Positions 10,251-20,303 of a DNA stretch of 20,303 bases are shown piece by piece. Made by a program: the position numbers and the translations under genes. Location of the stretch: the NCBI GenBank assembly GCA_051942205.1, contig JAVECO010000016.1, positions 186,001 through 206,303 on the forward strand, written 5' to 3'. The notes under the pieces are model-generated. The model made no database searches. It saw only the letters and a list, made by a program, of their open reading frames with translations, and had not been told where the DNA came from. Source of the DNA: Coniocarpon cinnabarinum. Its lineage: Eukaryota. Position 1 is the first letter of the stretch, and each line of letters begins with the position of its first letter.

Positions 10251-13200
10251 TCACCAATGCCTAACAGTTTTGATCACATCCGCAGCCACCAACTTCTTCA
10301 CGACCCTCGCCAACACCGCCCGCTTCCACCCCACCATAGCCGCGATCTCCTCCAAAGCATGCGTCCCATCAAGATAGCGCACCAACGTAGGCCACATCAG
10401 CCTAGCCTCCTCATCAGCTAAATGCGCACCGATGTGATCGAGCCACTGCTGCTCCTCAGCCGTTGCACGAGCAGGCGACCGCACTAGCGAGGGCCTTACG
10501 TTGGCCTCGTCACCCACATGCAGAGGCGTCGACGGCCGCGTTGCCTCTTCATGGGAGCTCCGGCGCGACGTGACGCTGCCTGCGACTTTAAGGGCTGTGC
10601 GCGTGCTGCCTGTGCTGCCTGCTGCGCTGGTGGGACGGGACGTACTGATAAGGTTCGAGAGAAGCGAGCGGTGAGGCCGTGCTTCAAATGCAGACTCTGT
10701 CTTTCCGTCTGGTGTGTCCTGGCTTTCTGACGGATGCCTGGAGTGGGTGCTTTTTTGCCTGACTGCCTGCTTGACCTCGCCACTTACCTTGACGTAGGCG
10801 AAGGTGCGGATCTGGATGACCCAGTTCCGCGCGACGAGCCAGGCCAGCATGTCCATGTAGGTCATTTTGATATCTTTGCTTGGGATGATGGATGCCCAAG
10901 GTTTGGGATGCGGTGCTGCGGAGCTAGCACGACCTTGTTCGGCTGAAGTCTGGCGAGAGTCGGTGTAGGCAGCAGCGCCCTGAGACAGCGCCCGAAGTAT
11001 CTCAGGCAGACGCACATGAGGACCCTCGCCATCTTGAGCCTCACCAAAGCGCACGTCCCATTCTGCCGAGTCTCGCAAGAGATTTGCAGTCGGCGCCAAG
11101 GGATTCACGATGTACGTATTGCTTGCATGCAAGGGAAAGCTGGCTCGCGCTGCGCCGACGCGGATCAAGATGCACGCGAAGACCTGAGCATCGCGTAGAG
11201 TCAGTCCCGGCATTGAGGCGGCCACGACAGCGCTTGTCTTTGAAATATCGCCGGTCTTTGCAGTTGCGTTTGGCTGCGAAGGCTCAGTGAGTTGCGTTAG
11301 CGTGCGCCGATATGACATATTTTGAATAAAGTAGATGAACGGTTGTGTCAATGAGCTGTTCACGATTGATGCGAGATTCACGTTGCTTGCTGTATCCGAA
11401 GCTGCCTCTTTGGCACTGGAGGGTTGGAGCTGTGCTATGAGATCCTTTCGTTCGCTAATGAACACTAGTGACGAATGCTGGCTAATTGATAGGGGCTCAT
11501 TTGTCTCAATGCCCAACTCATCCAACACGTTCTTGTAATCAATTTTCTGTCTGACATCTGGACGTTGCTTGTCGGGGTCTTCCTTGGATTGTTGGTCTTT
11601 CGCAGGGCCCAGAGTTCCAGAGGCTGTTAGCATGGAGCTTCTTATGGCAGCATTTGTCCGTGGCTGTGCTGATGATGACGGTACTGTAGCCGCAACGTAT
11701 GGAGCCGACGATACTCTTGGGAGCTTGAGAGACAATGTTTCCCTGTGTTTCCCTAGCTCTAGATATAGGGCCCCATCGTTCTTTAATCCTGTGTAAATGC
11801 TTTGAAGGAGGCGCTCAACACCTGACGTAAATACTGGCGACTAGAATATGATCGAGTTAGTACAGCCAGGCTCTTAAATTTCCAAACGAAACATAGCTCT
11901 AAACGCAGTGGCAACGAAGCCTTACCTGCTCATTGACCGGCGCTGAGCTTTCTTTCGTTCTGTCGGCTGGGCGTTCGCTTGCGCCAGAGGCTTGGAACTG
12001 CTCTATTTTTCGTATTTGGCGATCAATCCAGCCTCGGTTTTGTTGAATCTTTTTGAGCCAGGCAGCGAGACTTCGGCTGATATGTGTATGATAAAGGTCT
12101 GTTTGTTTGGCCACTTTTTGCGCCGGACAGCTGATTACCGAAACTACGTTGAAGATAGCCAAAGGATTGAGTCGCCGATCGTTTTCAGAACTGAGACTTC
12201 CGAAGCTTGTACCGCTTTGGATTGATTCAGACGGACGAGTTGCTGTGGAAGAAGCATGCGGCTCAGCGTCTCTCGAATCAGCCCCTATTCGGGCCTGCTG
12301 CGCTGCGACTCCTGGAATTTGCACGGGAGAAGCTGTTGGTGTCGAAACGTTGGCACTATGAGCGTGAGATGGACCTGGGGAGTCATGATCTGGATCAGGG
12401 TTCTCTGCAGCTGGTGATGCTTGCAAAGACGTAGATATTCCATTTGATGCACGTCTGGAGCGGACCTGCTCTGGCTCTACGTCGCCCTCGTCATGAGCAA
12501 TACGCTCGGAGTCTTTGTGTTGTTCTTGTTCGCTCGGCTTCTCTGCAGCCATAAACCTTGGCGGGTCCACAAAGACCGGACAGCCAACAAAGGTGTGGTC
12601 CCTGATCCGCAAATCAAGCTTCTGCATGTCCCAAGCCATCTTGGAGGATGGCGCCAGTAGTCTCGCCAAGGCATCTTTGGGTAATCCAAACAAAGTGTTG
12701 TCGAGATTATTGACTTTACTTTTGCGATCTCTTCTTGACGTCTTAGACGATCGCATACGCTTGGTCGCTGCTTTTGATGGGCCTGAATGAGGGCTGGATG
12801 TTATAGGCTCGGAGCTCGTGGCGATGGCTTTGACGGCCGCCTCTATAACGTCCTTCGATGGCTTTGCGTCCACCAGATCAGAGTTTCCAGACCCTCGTGC
12901 GCTGGTGCGCTTGGATGTGATGGCACTTGAAGGTTCTGCATCTTGTGACTGACGCTCATTCGCCGGCTTTGAAGATACTGTATTCGCCGCTTTTGCATCT
13001 TCTGATGCTCGCGCGCTTGAAGGGACGGTAGGCGTTAGGCCGACTGAAGAGAGGGTCTGCGGCGGGAATGTCAGCAAAGACTATGCATTGAGCTGTTGAC
13101 AACTCCAGCTGATCGCCATTGCGACGCAGAGCATTCATCGTACTCTCGAGCTCCAAATCTCTCGACCAGGAAAAGCATGGAAAACAGCGCTCGTGAAACA

Positions 13201-13439
13201 CTTGCCTCATCATCATCGTCTTCTTCTCCTTGAATCCCTGCACCATCGCCCTCTTCGTCTTCGTCGTAATCTGCTGGAGCGGCAGGATAGCAAGCTACGA
13301 TTCTCGCGGGGCCTGAGCGATTGCGTGCCACTAAGAGAACAGCTCGTACATCAAGGTATGTGTTAAATAAGCTGTCGTCGATAGCTACAGCGATTTGGGA
13401 GACAGCCGAGGAAGCGGGGCGCTCTAATCTAGTCTTCAT
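10251..13439 (-). CDS. NPR3: Nitrogen permease regulator 3 (GATOR1/SEACIT subunit), ~984 aa; exons 13439-13206, 13056-11926, 11840-10251
   Basis: N-terminal AVLLVARNRSGPARIVACYP, LARLLAP...FVGCPV, FNVVSVI, LAWLVARNWVIQIRTFAYVKV and C-terminal YLDGTHALEEIA...VRHW* match fungal Npr3. Intron 1 13205-13057 is GCAAGT...GCTGAC...CAG; intron 2 11925-11841 is GTAAGG...TACTAAC...TAG. Both are phase 0 and preserve frame. Confidence 0.9.
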
Positions 13440-13630
13440 TTAGCACGGTAGGGCCCATAACAGCCTAATAACGCCGATCTATAATAATGCTAATTACAGT
13501 AAGACCTTTTCCTAAGAAAATGTCTATAAATTTGTTATACTACTTATAGCTCTTAGGCCCGTAAAATAAGGGCTTCACTTTCTCTTAAAAAAAAAAAAAC
13601 TATGGCTAAGCTGTATCTAAACGCATACGA
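13425..13630. other. AT/TpA-rich patch with RIP-like dinucleotide bias and an A13 tract (13587-13599)
   Basis: Hand count of about 30 TpA vs 18 ApT and about 12 CpA+TpG vs 18 ApC+GpT; flanks are visibly more GC-rich. Confidence 0.55.
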
Positions 13631-14465
13631 GTCCAAGTAGACGCGTTGTTTGGTGGCGCGTCCTTCTCCTCCCCCACCCTCCCACCAGTGCCACCCTAGC
13701 AGCCACCTCCCGCGACCACCATCCCCCCTCCAGTCCAATTCCCATTGAGCACGGTCGTGTCCATCGCCGCAAGTCGTCAATGTCGCCAGACCGTGATGAA
13801 TGCAGTCCCGACGGCAGAACGGCAAGACCTGTGGTCGAAATAAGCGAAAGACGCTCTGCACCCCACAAAGTCGATCGACGGGCCGCGCCGTTACCAAGAT
13901 CTGAGCCGCCAAGACGGGTGCATTCGCCACACTGGAGCCGGACGCCTTAGCCACATTCACTTATGCAGAGTGACGAACTCGTCGTGCATGCATCCTGTCA
14001 TAGATGCAGATGCTCCACCGCAATGTCTAGACGACTCCGTCTCTATTATGTACACGCTCCTTCAGAAACAGCGCTTTCCTGCGAATTCTCGACGTAATAT
14101 TTCACGAGGCCACAGACCTTCCCTGATGCGCTTCGTAATGATGACACATACGAGTGTGACCCGTTAGCTGACATTGACACTCTTTCTGCCGTTTTGCCGC
14201 CTCGAAAACTTCTCACGGCGTGTCTCGTGCCGCGGCTGGTCGTGTGCTTCCTTGGATCGCCGAAGCCGGGGATTTGCCGCTGTGTCGTCGTAGATCATGA
14301 AGCTTCGGCGGCACGGCGTGCGCGGCGCATCGGAAGAATCGTCGAAAATGCTCTAAATTAGGGCTATCACACCCGCCTCGTTGTGCTGTTCAGGTGACGT
14401 GTGTCAGTTTGGCTGACTTGCAATGTGTGGTTGCAACAAGAATCACTTGTCAATGTTGTTGCGCT

Positions 14466-15751
14466 TCATTCCCACCATCCCCAGGCAGGGAAGCCGTCAC
14501 GGCCAGCGCCAACCTCGGGCCAGCCTTTGGGAATCGTGGCGTACTGCGGTAGCTGGTACCGTTTCTCGCAATAGCCAGGGTCAGGACATTCAAGATTACA
14601 CAGGCCAAACTTCTGACAGAAGCAGTCCTCTGCTGATGGGCAGTGTATTGCTGGCATCCCGAATATCACTGAACGCCTACGTCAGCTCCATACCTTGGCA
14701 ACGCATAGTATGAATCAACTCACTATGCCAGGAGTATTCCAGGATCCTCCCACTCACACTGTCCTTCAGTGGAGTATTGTACAGCCAGTCTCGATAGCGG
14801 ATGTAGTCTTCCCGCGGTCTTTCTAAGACCTTCCAACGTGACAGAGCGAATTGCGCCCCACAATTGATTCCGACTGCGTCTGGCACATCTTCTCCCGGAA
14901 AAATCTGTCTGAAAGCGTATGAAAACGCAGCTTCGGTGTTTGCTCTTTCGTTGTCAGCCTCAAAAGCAGCTTCCACTTGAGTGATCATCTTCTCCGGACG
15001 AATTTCCGACGGACACCCGATCGTCCACGAGCAGCGCATGTTGGAGTAGCCGACTTTGTTGACATAAGAGAGTTGCAGGTTTCGAAGTGGCGGTACACCA
15101 TCTGTTTGAAACATCGTTAGACGAAATTCAATGACGCACGTGCCGATTGTGGAAACAATTGATGCTTTACGCACCGTACATAGGATCCTCATTGTGCCAC
15201 TGATATCGCAATGAGTGCAGAAACACCATATATTCTGGTAGATCGTGGTAGTTGTCAATCAAAAAAGTAAGATACGCCATCGACTCCCTGCCCTTGTTTT
15301 TTGCCACCGTCAATCGGGCGTTTGGATCATTCATTACAAATATGTTAATATCCCAGTCATCAAAGTATTGATAGAGCCATGATGTGTCGTCGCCTCTCAT
15401 CGAGGCGACCACTAGAGATTTTGTGTGGATATTTTTTGGTGCCGTGTCATAACCCAGGGGTGCCTGGTCCTCGACCCTCTTCTGCTTGGCTTGCTTCCCG
15501 CCAAAGAAGGTCTGGCGGCCCGTGTCAGCTTGGGCGCTTCCTTCTCTGGGGTATCCGGATTTGCGACTGAGAGGATTGCGAGCTCGTGGCGGACATACGT
15601 AAGGCGAACATCGAATGTAGCAGTAAATGAGGAAGAGGAGAATGCCGCCGCTGAGGAAGCGGAGCACGCTCCTGTTGCGATAGAACGGACGATAGCGACG
15701 CTTGGGCGGCCTGGTGTCGTATGGGAGAATTCCAGGCAAGGTGCCGCTCAT
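14466..15751 (-). CDS. DUF3431 family protein with N-terminal membrane anchor, 385 aa; exons 15751-15175, 15101-14724, 14668-14466
   Basis: Motifs LVVASMRGDDTSW, NKGRESMAYLTFLIDNYHDLP, FLHSLRYQWHN, GYSNMRC, CGAQFALSR, GRILEYSWHMIFG and CFCQKFGLC. Introns 15174-15102 (GTGCGT...CTAAC...CAG) and 14723-14669 (GTGAGT...GCTGAC...CAG), both phase 1. Confidence 0.93.
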
Positions 15752-16558
15752 GCTGGGAAGGACAGAGATTAGGGCGAGAGCGTTGCGGAGACATGCATGG
15801 GAGCGCGATCAGGAGGTCCACGGGAGATGAGGCTCAAACAGGCGGCGTCGGAGGCAACAACACATTGCGCGACATGGATCAGGCCTGAGCAGAGGAGGTG
15901 AGATCTGTACACAGAGGAGAGGGAAAGATGGAGATTGGGATGTCGCAGCAGATGGAAACGGCACAGAGACTTGCAAATGGCCAAGTGAGTGGCCAATTCT
16001 GGAGCTTGGGGCCAAAACTGGCGTAATGTTCCTCTACCGATTCAGCCGCTTGTTGCTGATCCTTCTCAATGCCATCTGTTCCTCTGAGGCTAAGACAATC
16101 ACGATGGCTATACCGTTACTGATAAATAGTAATGGATCAGGGATGAGCTATGAGAGCTATCAATGGCGAGGAGGAGTGCAAACAGCTACCTGAGCGAGTT
16201 GCGCAGCAAATGCCCTAACGCCTCCACATCCTGTCAAGATGGATTCATCCACATGGTCGGCCTGTCACTCCCTTGCCTGCCGACAACGCCCTCCACCGTC
16301 GGTCTCAGCAACGCCAACAATCATTGTCCGAATGTCTGACTCGAAATGGAAATTGGTATATCATGTCTGTCCCGGGGAAACGCCCACGTGCAATGTAATA
16401 GAGACCAGTGATAGATAGATCCTCCCATCGGCTGGTGAATTAAGCCTCCAGACTGTGAGCCACCCAGGGCCTCTGCATCTGACACAGTCGGGAGGAATGG
16501 CGACACCTGTCACGACGACAACACTCATGCATGCTTTCTCCTATGCAGCGACGGCGCT

Positions 16559-18136
16559 TCAATTCATCTCAAAGTCCAACAGCTCGTCTTCTTCTTTCAA
16601 GCCTGACCCGCCGTTCCACAGGTACTGACTTCCATTCATGTTACCATTCACAGCCTGTGTCGGGTCGAGATCGAGGATGCCTGGCGATGCAGCGGCTTGT
16701 GAGGGAGACTCAACGGGTTCACCGGCGTGATTGGTGAACTTGGGCACGTAGAGACTGGTGCCGTGACGTCGCGTGTACTGTCGCTCGCCTATGCGGTTTT
16801 TGGCAATGGCGTCATGCACTTCTGACAACATGCGCTTCTCGTCTTCTCCCCATGGCCGCGCCACTGGGCCGTTAAGGTTGTTGATTGTGCCCTCCATCTC
16901 GCTTTGACGCGACAGCATGTTGTTCACGAGCCAGAGCAAGTCGCGAGTCCAGTCGACGGTACCATCGAGGACATCACCCTTGGCAGGACCTTTGTCTTTG
17001 TCGTCAGCTGGGGCAGCAGACTGCGAGATGCTGGCCGCGCGACGTCCATGACTGCCAGCTAAGCCCGAGGTGGCTGGCGGCGAGATGCTGTGGCCGCCCA
17101 TGGGCATGGGCATCCCTGCGTTGCTCATGACCGAGCGACGGATAGCGTCGTCTTCGAGGCGGTGCTTGGGCACGAGGTCGGCCAGCTCATTGATCCTGTC
17201 GTTGATGTGGTTGCGACGACGTCGTTCCACCTCGTTGTGGGATGCTCGACGCTTCGCCTTCTTCATCTCGGCTGTGGTTGTGGCTTTGCCTCGTGCAGGT
17301 GGCGAAGCAGGCGTTCCTGCCTTGAGAACCTCTGAGATCTGGGCGTGCATGGGAGCGCCTGGCGACGACAAAGGCGAATCCAGATGAGATTGTCCACTTC
17401 CCAGGCTGTTGTCCCACTGTCCGCCTGAGCTAGATTGGCGTCCGTGCAGCATACCCCGGCCTGACATGGTCTGCCCGGAGAAGTTGCTGTTGGGTGATGA
17501 GCCCAGTTGAAGGCCGTTCATGTGCGGTGTCATTGGGGTCATGGACGGTTTCGTGTGGTTGTCTTGCATCGAGTTGGGCCCGATGCCGGCGCTGACGGGT
17601 GTCGCCAATTGACCTTGGTGGTTGACCGTTTGCCATTGGCCAAAGTCGAAGTTCCCTCGATCGAAAGGACTCTGGATGGGTGCGCCGTCTGGCGTTGATG
17701 AGTAGACATTCATACTTGAACCGCCATTGGGCTGTTGTTGTCGGTGTTGCTGGAAGTTGCCGTTCATGCCGTTCATGGCTTGAAACTGATGCACACCGTT
17801 CTGCTGATGCGCGTCTGTGTTCATGGTGAAAGAGGAGAGAAGTTCGTCGTCGGTGATGGCAGAACCTCCTTGAGCGTAGCTTGAGGGGAGATTGCTTTGA
17901 CCATTGGACATGGACTGGGAGAGTGCGGCAGGATTAATGTCCATGCCTAGCCCATCGACACCTGCGGGGCTGTGCCAAGGGCCATAGTGTTGGCTACTGT
18001 TGTGCTGTCCGAAGGTATCCGAGCTCTTGTGAAAGCGATTGGGATCGAAGAGATCGTCGGGCTCGTTTTTGATGAAAGGAGAGGTGGGTCCTTGAGGGCC
18101 CATTGTGTCGTACAAAGAGGGACCCGCCATGCGCAT
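16559..18136 (-). CDS. bHLH transcription factor, Rtg3/MiT-TFE-like filamentous-fungal clade (GlcD-gamma/Crf1-like), up to 525 aa, intronless CDS
   Basis: Basic/helix 1 KRRASHNEVERRRRNHINDRINELADLVPKHRLED, a long loop insertion, helix 2 DKDKGPAKGDVLDGTVDWTRDLLW, and YTRRHGTSLYVPKFTN. An in-frame TAA at 18199-18197 bounds the N-terminus; which Met initiates is uncertain. Confidence 0.9.
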   Translation of the reverse strand: MRMAGPSLYDTMGPQGPTSPFIKNEPDDLFDPNRFHKSSDTFGQHNSSQHYGPWHSPAGVDGLGMDINPAALSQSMSNGQSNLPSSYAQGGSAITDDELLSSFTMNTDAHQQNGVHQFQAMNGMNGNFQQHRQQQPNGGSSMNVYSSTPDGAPIQSPFDRGNFDFGQWQTVNHQGQLATPVSAGIGPNSMQDNHTKPSMTPMTPHMNGLQLGSSPNSNFSGQTMSGRGMLHGRQSSSGGQWDNSLGSGQSHLDSPLSSPGAPMHAQISEVLKAGTPASPPARGKATTTAEMKKAKRRASHNEVERRRRNHINDRINELADLVPKHRLEDDAIRRSVMSNAGMPMPMGGHSISPPATSGLAGSHGRRAASISQSAAPADDKDKGPAKGDVLDGTVDWTRDLLWLVNNMLSRQSEMEGTINNLNGPVARPWGEDEKRMLSEVHDAIAKNRIGERQYTRRHGTSLYVPKFTNHAGEPVESPSQAAASPGILDLDPTQAVNGNMNGSQYLWNGGSGLKEEDELLDFEMN

Positions 18137-18249
18137 TGGATGGAGCTCACGCGAGGAAGCGTGGGTCTTCTTTCTTATATCTGGACTTTCTGATTGTTAC
18201 CGAACAATGGTAGTGTGACGACAGGACCAAGCCGAGCTTGAAGTGGCGC

Positions 18250-18599
18250 CTGCTGGTGCCCGACTGAGTCAGCATTCATGATCTCTTCATTGACGGCATG
18301 GTGGGTAAGGTTTTGGGCTAAGCGAAAAGCCAAAGAGATAAAAGGGGAGACAAGTGACAAACAGATGAGTCAAAGGCACGTCGACGCCTGTTCCCCGGGC
18401 GGAGCGTCGCCACGTTGGACAAAGAAACAAGATAGATGCATGTGATGACTCGTGTGGAGCAGCTGCCGATGGGAGATGATGTGCGTCAGGCGCGCGCAGG
18501 CAGCATCGCGGAACGGGGCATACGCTCCCATCCTCCGACATGGCGCCAAGTTGGGTATGAGGGATGGGGGCCAATGAGACAAGTGGGCTTCTGACATAC
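18250..18599 (-). other. Putative 5'-UTR intron of the bHLH gene (~350 nt) with tandem CAGCAG acceptor (18253/18250)
   Basis: CAG|GTATGT donor at 18599 and GCTGAC branch at 18273-18268. About 10 sense ATGs lie inside this interval, versus none in 18137-18249 and one in 18600-19803. Confidence 0.65.
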
Positions 18600-18625
18600 C
18601 TGCAGGTGTTGCAACTGTTGGTGTA

Positions 18626-18664
18626 CTACCTTCGGTCACAGAATTGCGAGCTCCAGTGTCCCAT
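18626..18664 (-). promoter_or_regulatory. Putative uORF MGHWSSQFCDRR* in the bHLH leader
   Basis: Only minus-strand ATG found between 18600 and 19803; the stop lies 26 nt before the intron donor. Confidence 0.5.
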
Positions 18665-19224
18665 GCCCTGCGCGCAGGCAGATCAGAGGTTGGTGATGGA
18701 CGTTTGGCGGGATGCTGTCGTGACGAGAAGTATGAAGGGCGATGTCGGCTGATCGCGGGGGCCCGATATCGCTGGCGAGATGTGTGATCGAAGAGGTCGA
18801 CAGGTCAAGGGAGTGTCTATGTGAGTGTGTGGGTGGACGTCGGTCAGGTCTATGTGTCACCCAAGAGCTGCTGTTGCCGCACTGGACGAGCACAGGCGGG
18901 GGTGACGACAGAGCTCGGTCTGCAGAGGCTCGGTCGGGCGCGGTCGTCTCGACTTGTTGGGCTGACCCGGGTGAAAGGCTGCGGTCGCAGTGTTTGTTCG
19001 TGCGAAGAGGTGATGGATGGCTGTGAGGCTGGACGAGATGACGCTCGGCTAGAAATGGAATGGAAGTGTGGGTGGGGCTGAACCGCCGAAAGGTGCCAAG
19101 CCCTGCTCGGGCCTGAGGCGGAGTGGCAGCGTGTATGGGTAGGTCGGCGACCAAGTGGATGATACTGACCGCTTGTGCGAGGATGTGGTCGAGTCGCGAC
19201 GAGGCAGCGAGGTGACGAGATCGT

Positions 19225-19290
19225 AGGTGAGGGAGAGAGGGTGCGAGAGAGGGTGAGAGGAAGAGAGAGTCGAGAGTCGAGAGAGAGCAG
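19225..19290 (-). promoter_or_regulatory. CT-rich tract (CT box-like), candidate transcription start region of the bHLH gene
   Basis: GA-rich on the + strand (gggagagagg...gagagagc). Pyrimidine tracts commonly precede TSSs in filamentous fungi. Confidence 0.4.
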
Positions 19291-19465
19291 GAAGTGGAAG
19301 TGGGCAGAAAAGCGCGGTGTGCGGTGGTGTGGATAGGGTATTCCTTATGGTAGGGTTAGGTCGCAGATGGGAGCGGGAAGGACCCTGCGCGATTGCTGGA
19401 TTGATGCTGGCGCAATGTGGGGCTTCCCTATTCCCTACCTCTCCAGCTGTGAAGGGCGCTTGGGC

Positions 19466-19517
19466 GGTGTGGTGTGGTGTGGTGTGGTGTGAAGCTGGTG
19501 CTGGTGCTGGTGCTGGT
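19466..19517. repeat. Compound microsatellite (GGTGT)5 at 19466-19490 and (GCTGGT)4 at 19494-19517
   Basis: Read directly in the sequence. Confidence 0.9.
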
Positions 19518-20303
19518 GGATGGGCTGTGGATGGGATGCTGCTGGAGGCTGATGTGGAGACTGGAGAGCACTCCGTACAGCAGACAGCAGACGAGAGGAG
19601 CGTGCACGAACCCACGAACCCAGCCGGGCAGTAGTGGAGTAGTGCCTCGCTGCGGGATGATGCGTTAATGTGATGCGGCCAGATGCTCCGGCGCGAACGC
19701 TCAGCGGCAACTCTCTGCCTGCGCCTGCACAACTGTCAAAAGGCGTCCCGGTGTCAAGTGTGCAGCACGTCGACTCTTAGGCTCCGGGCAGAAAGAGGGC
19801 GTGCATGAACCATGCTGCAGCAGGACGGGGAGGGCCGAGCTAATGAATAAATAGTCGACCACCCACCCACCCACACCACACGCCCTCCTTGACGTACTCG
19901 ATAATCCACCGCCAGGCCACACGCATCTCGCTCTCCCATCATCCTGGCCACCGGCTGCATAGCGCGCGCGCGCAGGCCGTCACTCCGCCGGCGGGTGTTA
20001 AGGCCCCACTAAGATCCTCACACGCCTCGCCGCTCTGAGCTGCGGCACCCCCGGCATCTCGTAGAGTCATCACAAAGAAATCCAGCACCGCGCGCCCTGA
20101 ATCAGCGAGCACGGTCATCCACAAATGCCTCGCCCCGGCGGACGGTGCAGATGATCAACGGACAAGGTAGATGACGCCCGAGTCAGCAGGCCGATAGGTC
20201 GGTTGACGCGCTGCTTTCAGATCCAAGGTGCTAGCCCCAGCGCCCGCCGCCGAGCTCTCTCGTTCGGGAGGGGAGCGACCGCAGACGGAGGGGAGGGAGG
20301 GGG

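Noticed and set aside
13780..13950. 56-codon + strand ORF MSPDRDECSPDG...
   Set aside because: Arg/Pro-rich, no motif or splice support; length expected by chance at this GC content.
19351..19359. CTAACCCTA (1.5 telomere repeats) as a telomerase RNA template; similar TAGGGTTA at 3817
   Set aside because: A 9-mer match alone is weak. No pseudoknot, Sm site or ATAAGT 3'-processing site is recognisable nearby, and the region fits a bHLH promoter/leader.
18636..19732. Long minus-strand ORFs of 172 and 227 aa
   Set aside because: Non-ATG starts and low-complexity Ser/Pro/His composition from C/A skew. The in-frame TAA at 18199-18197 blocks any N-terminal extension of the bHLH protein.

Overview
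Eukaryotic DNA from a filamentous ascomycete (Pezizomycotina-type GTRAGT/CTRAC/YAG introns). Six recognisable genes: COX19 (+), and on the minus strand a GT71 MNN2/MNN5-type mannosyltransferase, a YCR051W-like ankyrin protein, NPR3 (GATOR1/SEACIT subunit; first intron GC-AG), a DUF3431 protein and an Rtg3/MiT-TFE-like bHLH factor. Two spliced orphan genes were reconstructed by hand: a ~280 aa three-exon gene (671-1691, -) and a 77 aa two-exon gene (8696-9004, +) absent from the ORF track. The most notable non-coding signals are a >1.1 kb AUG-free bHLH leader with one uORF and an intron carrying Gcn4/CpcA sites, four MCB boxes plus a CRE in 54 bp upstream of the ankyrin gene, a short RIP-like patch abutting NPR3, and weak box C/D snoRNA-like motifs. 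No tRNA, rRNA, CRISPR or intact mobile element was seen. No clearly new multi-gene system is demonstrable from sequence alone. All splicing and counts are manual, and family assignments are from recalled motifs, not database searches.
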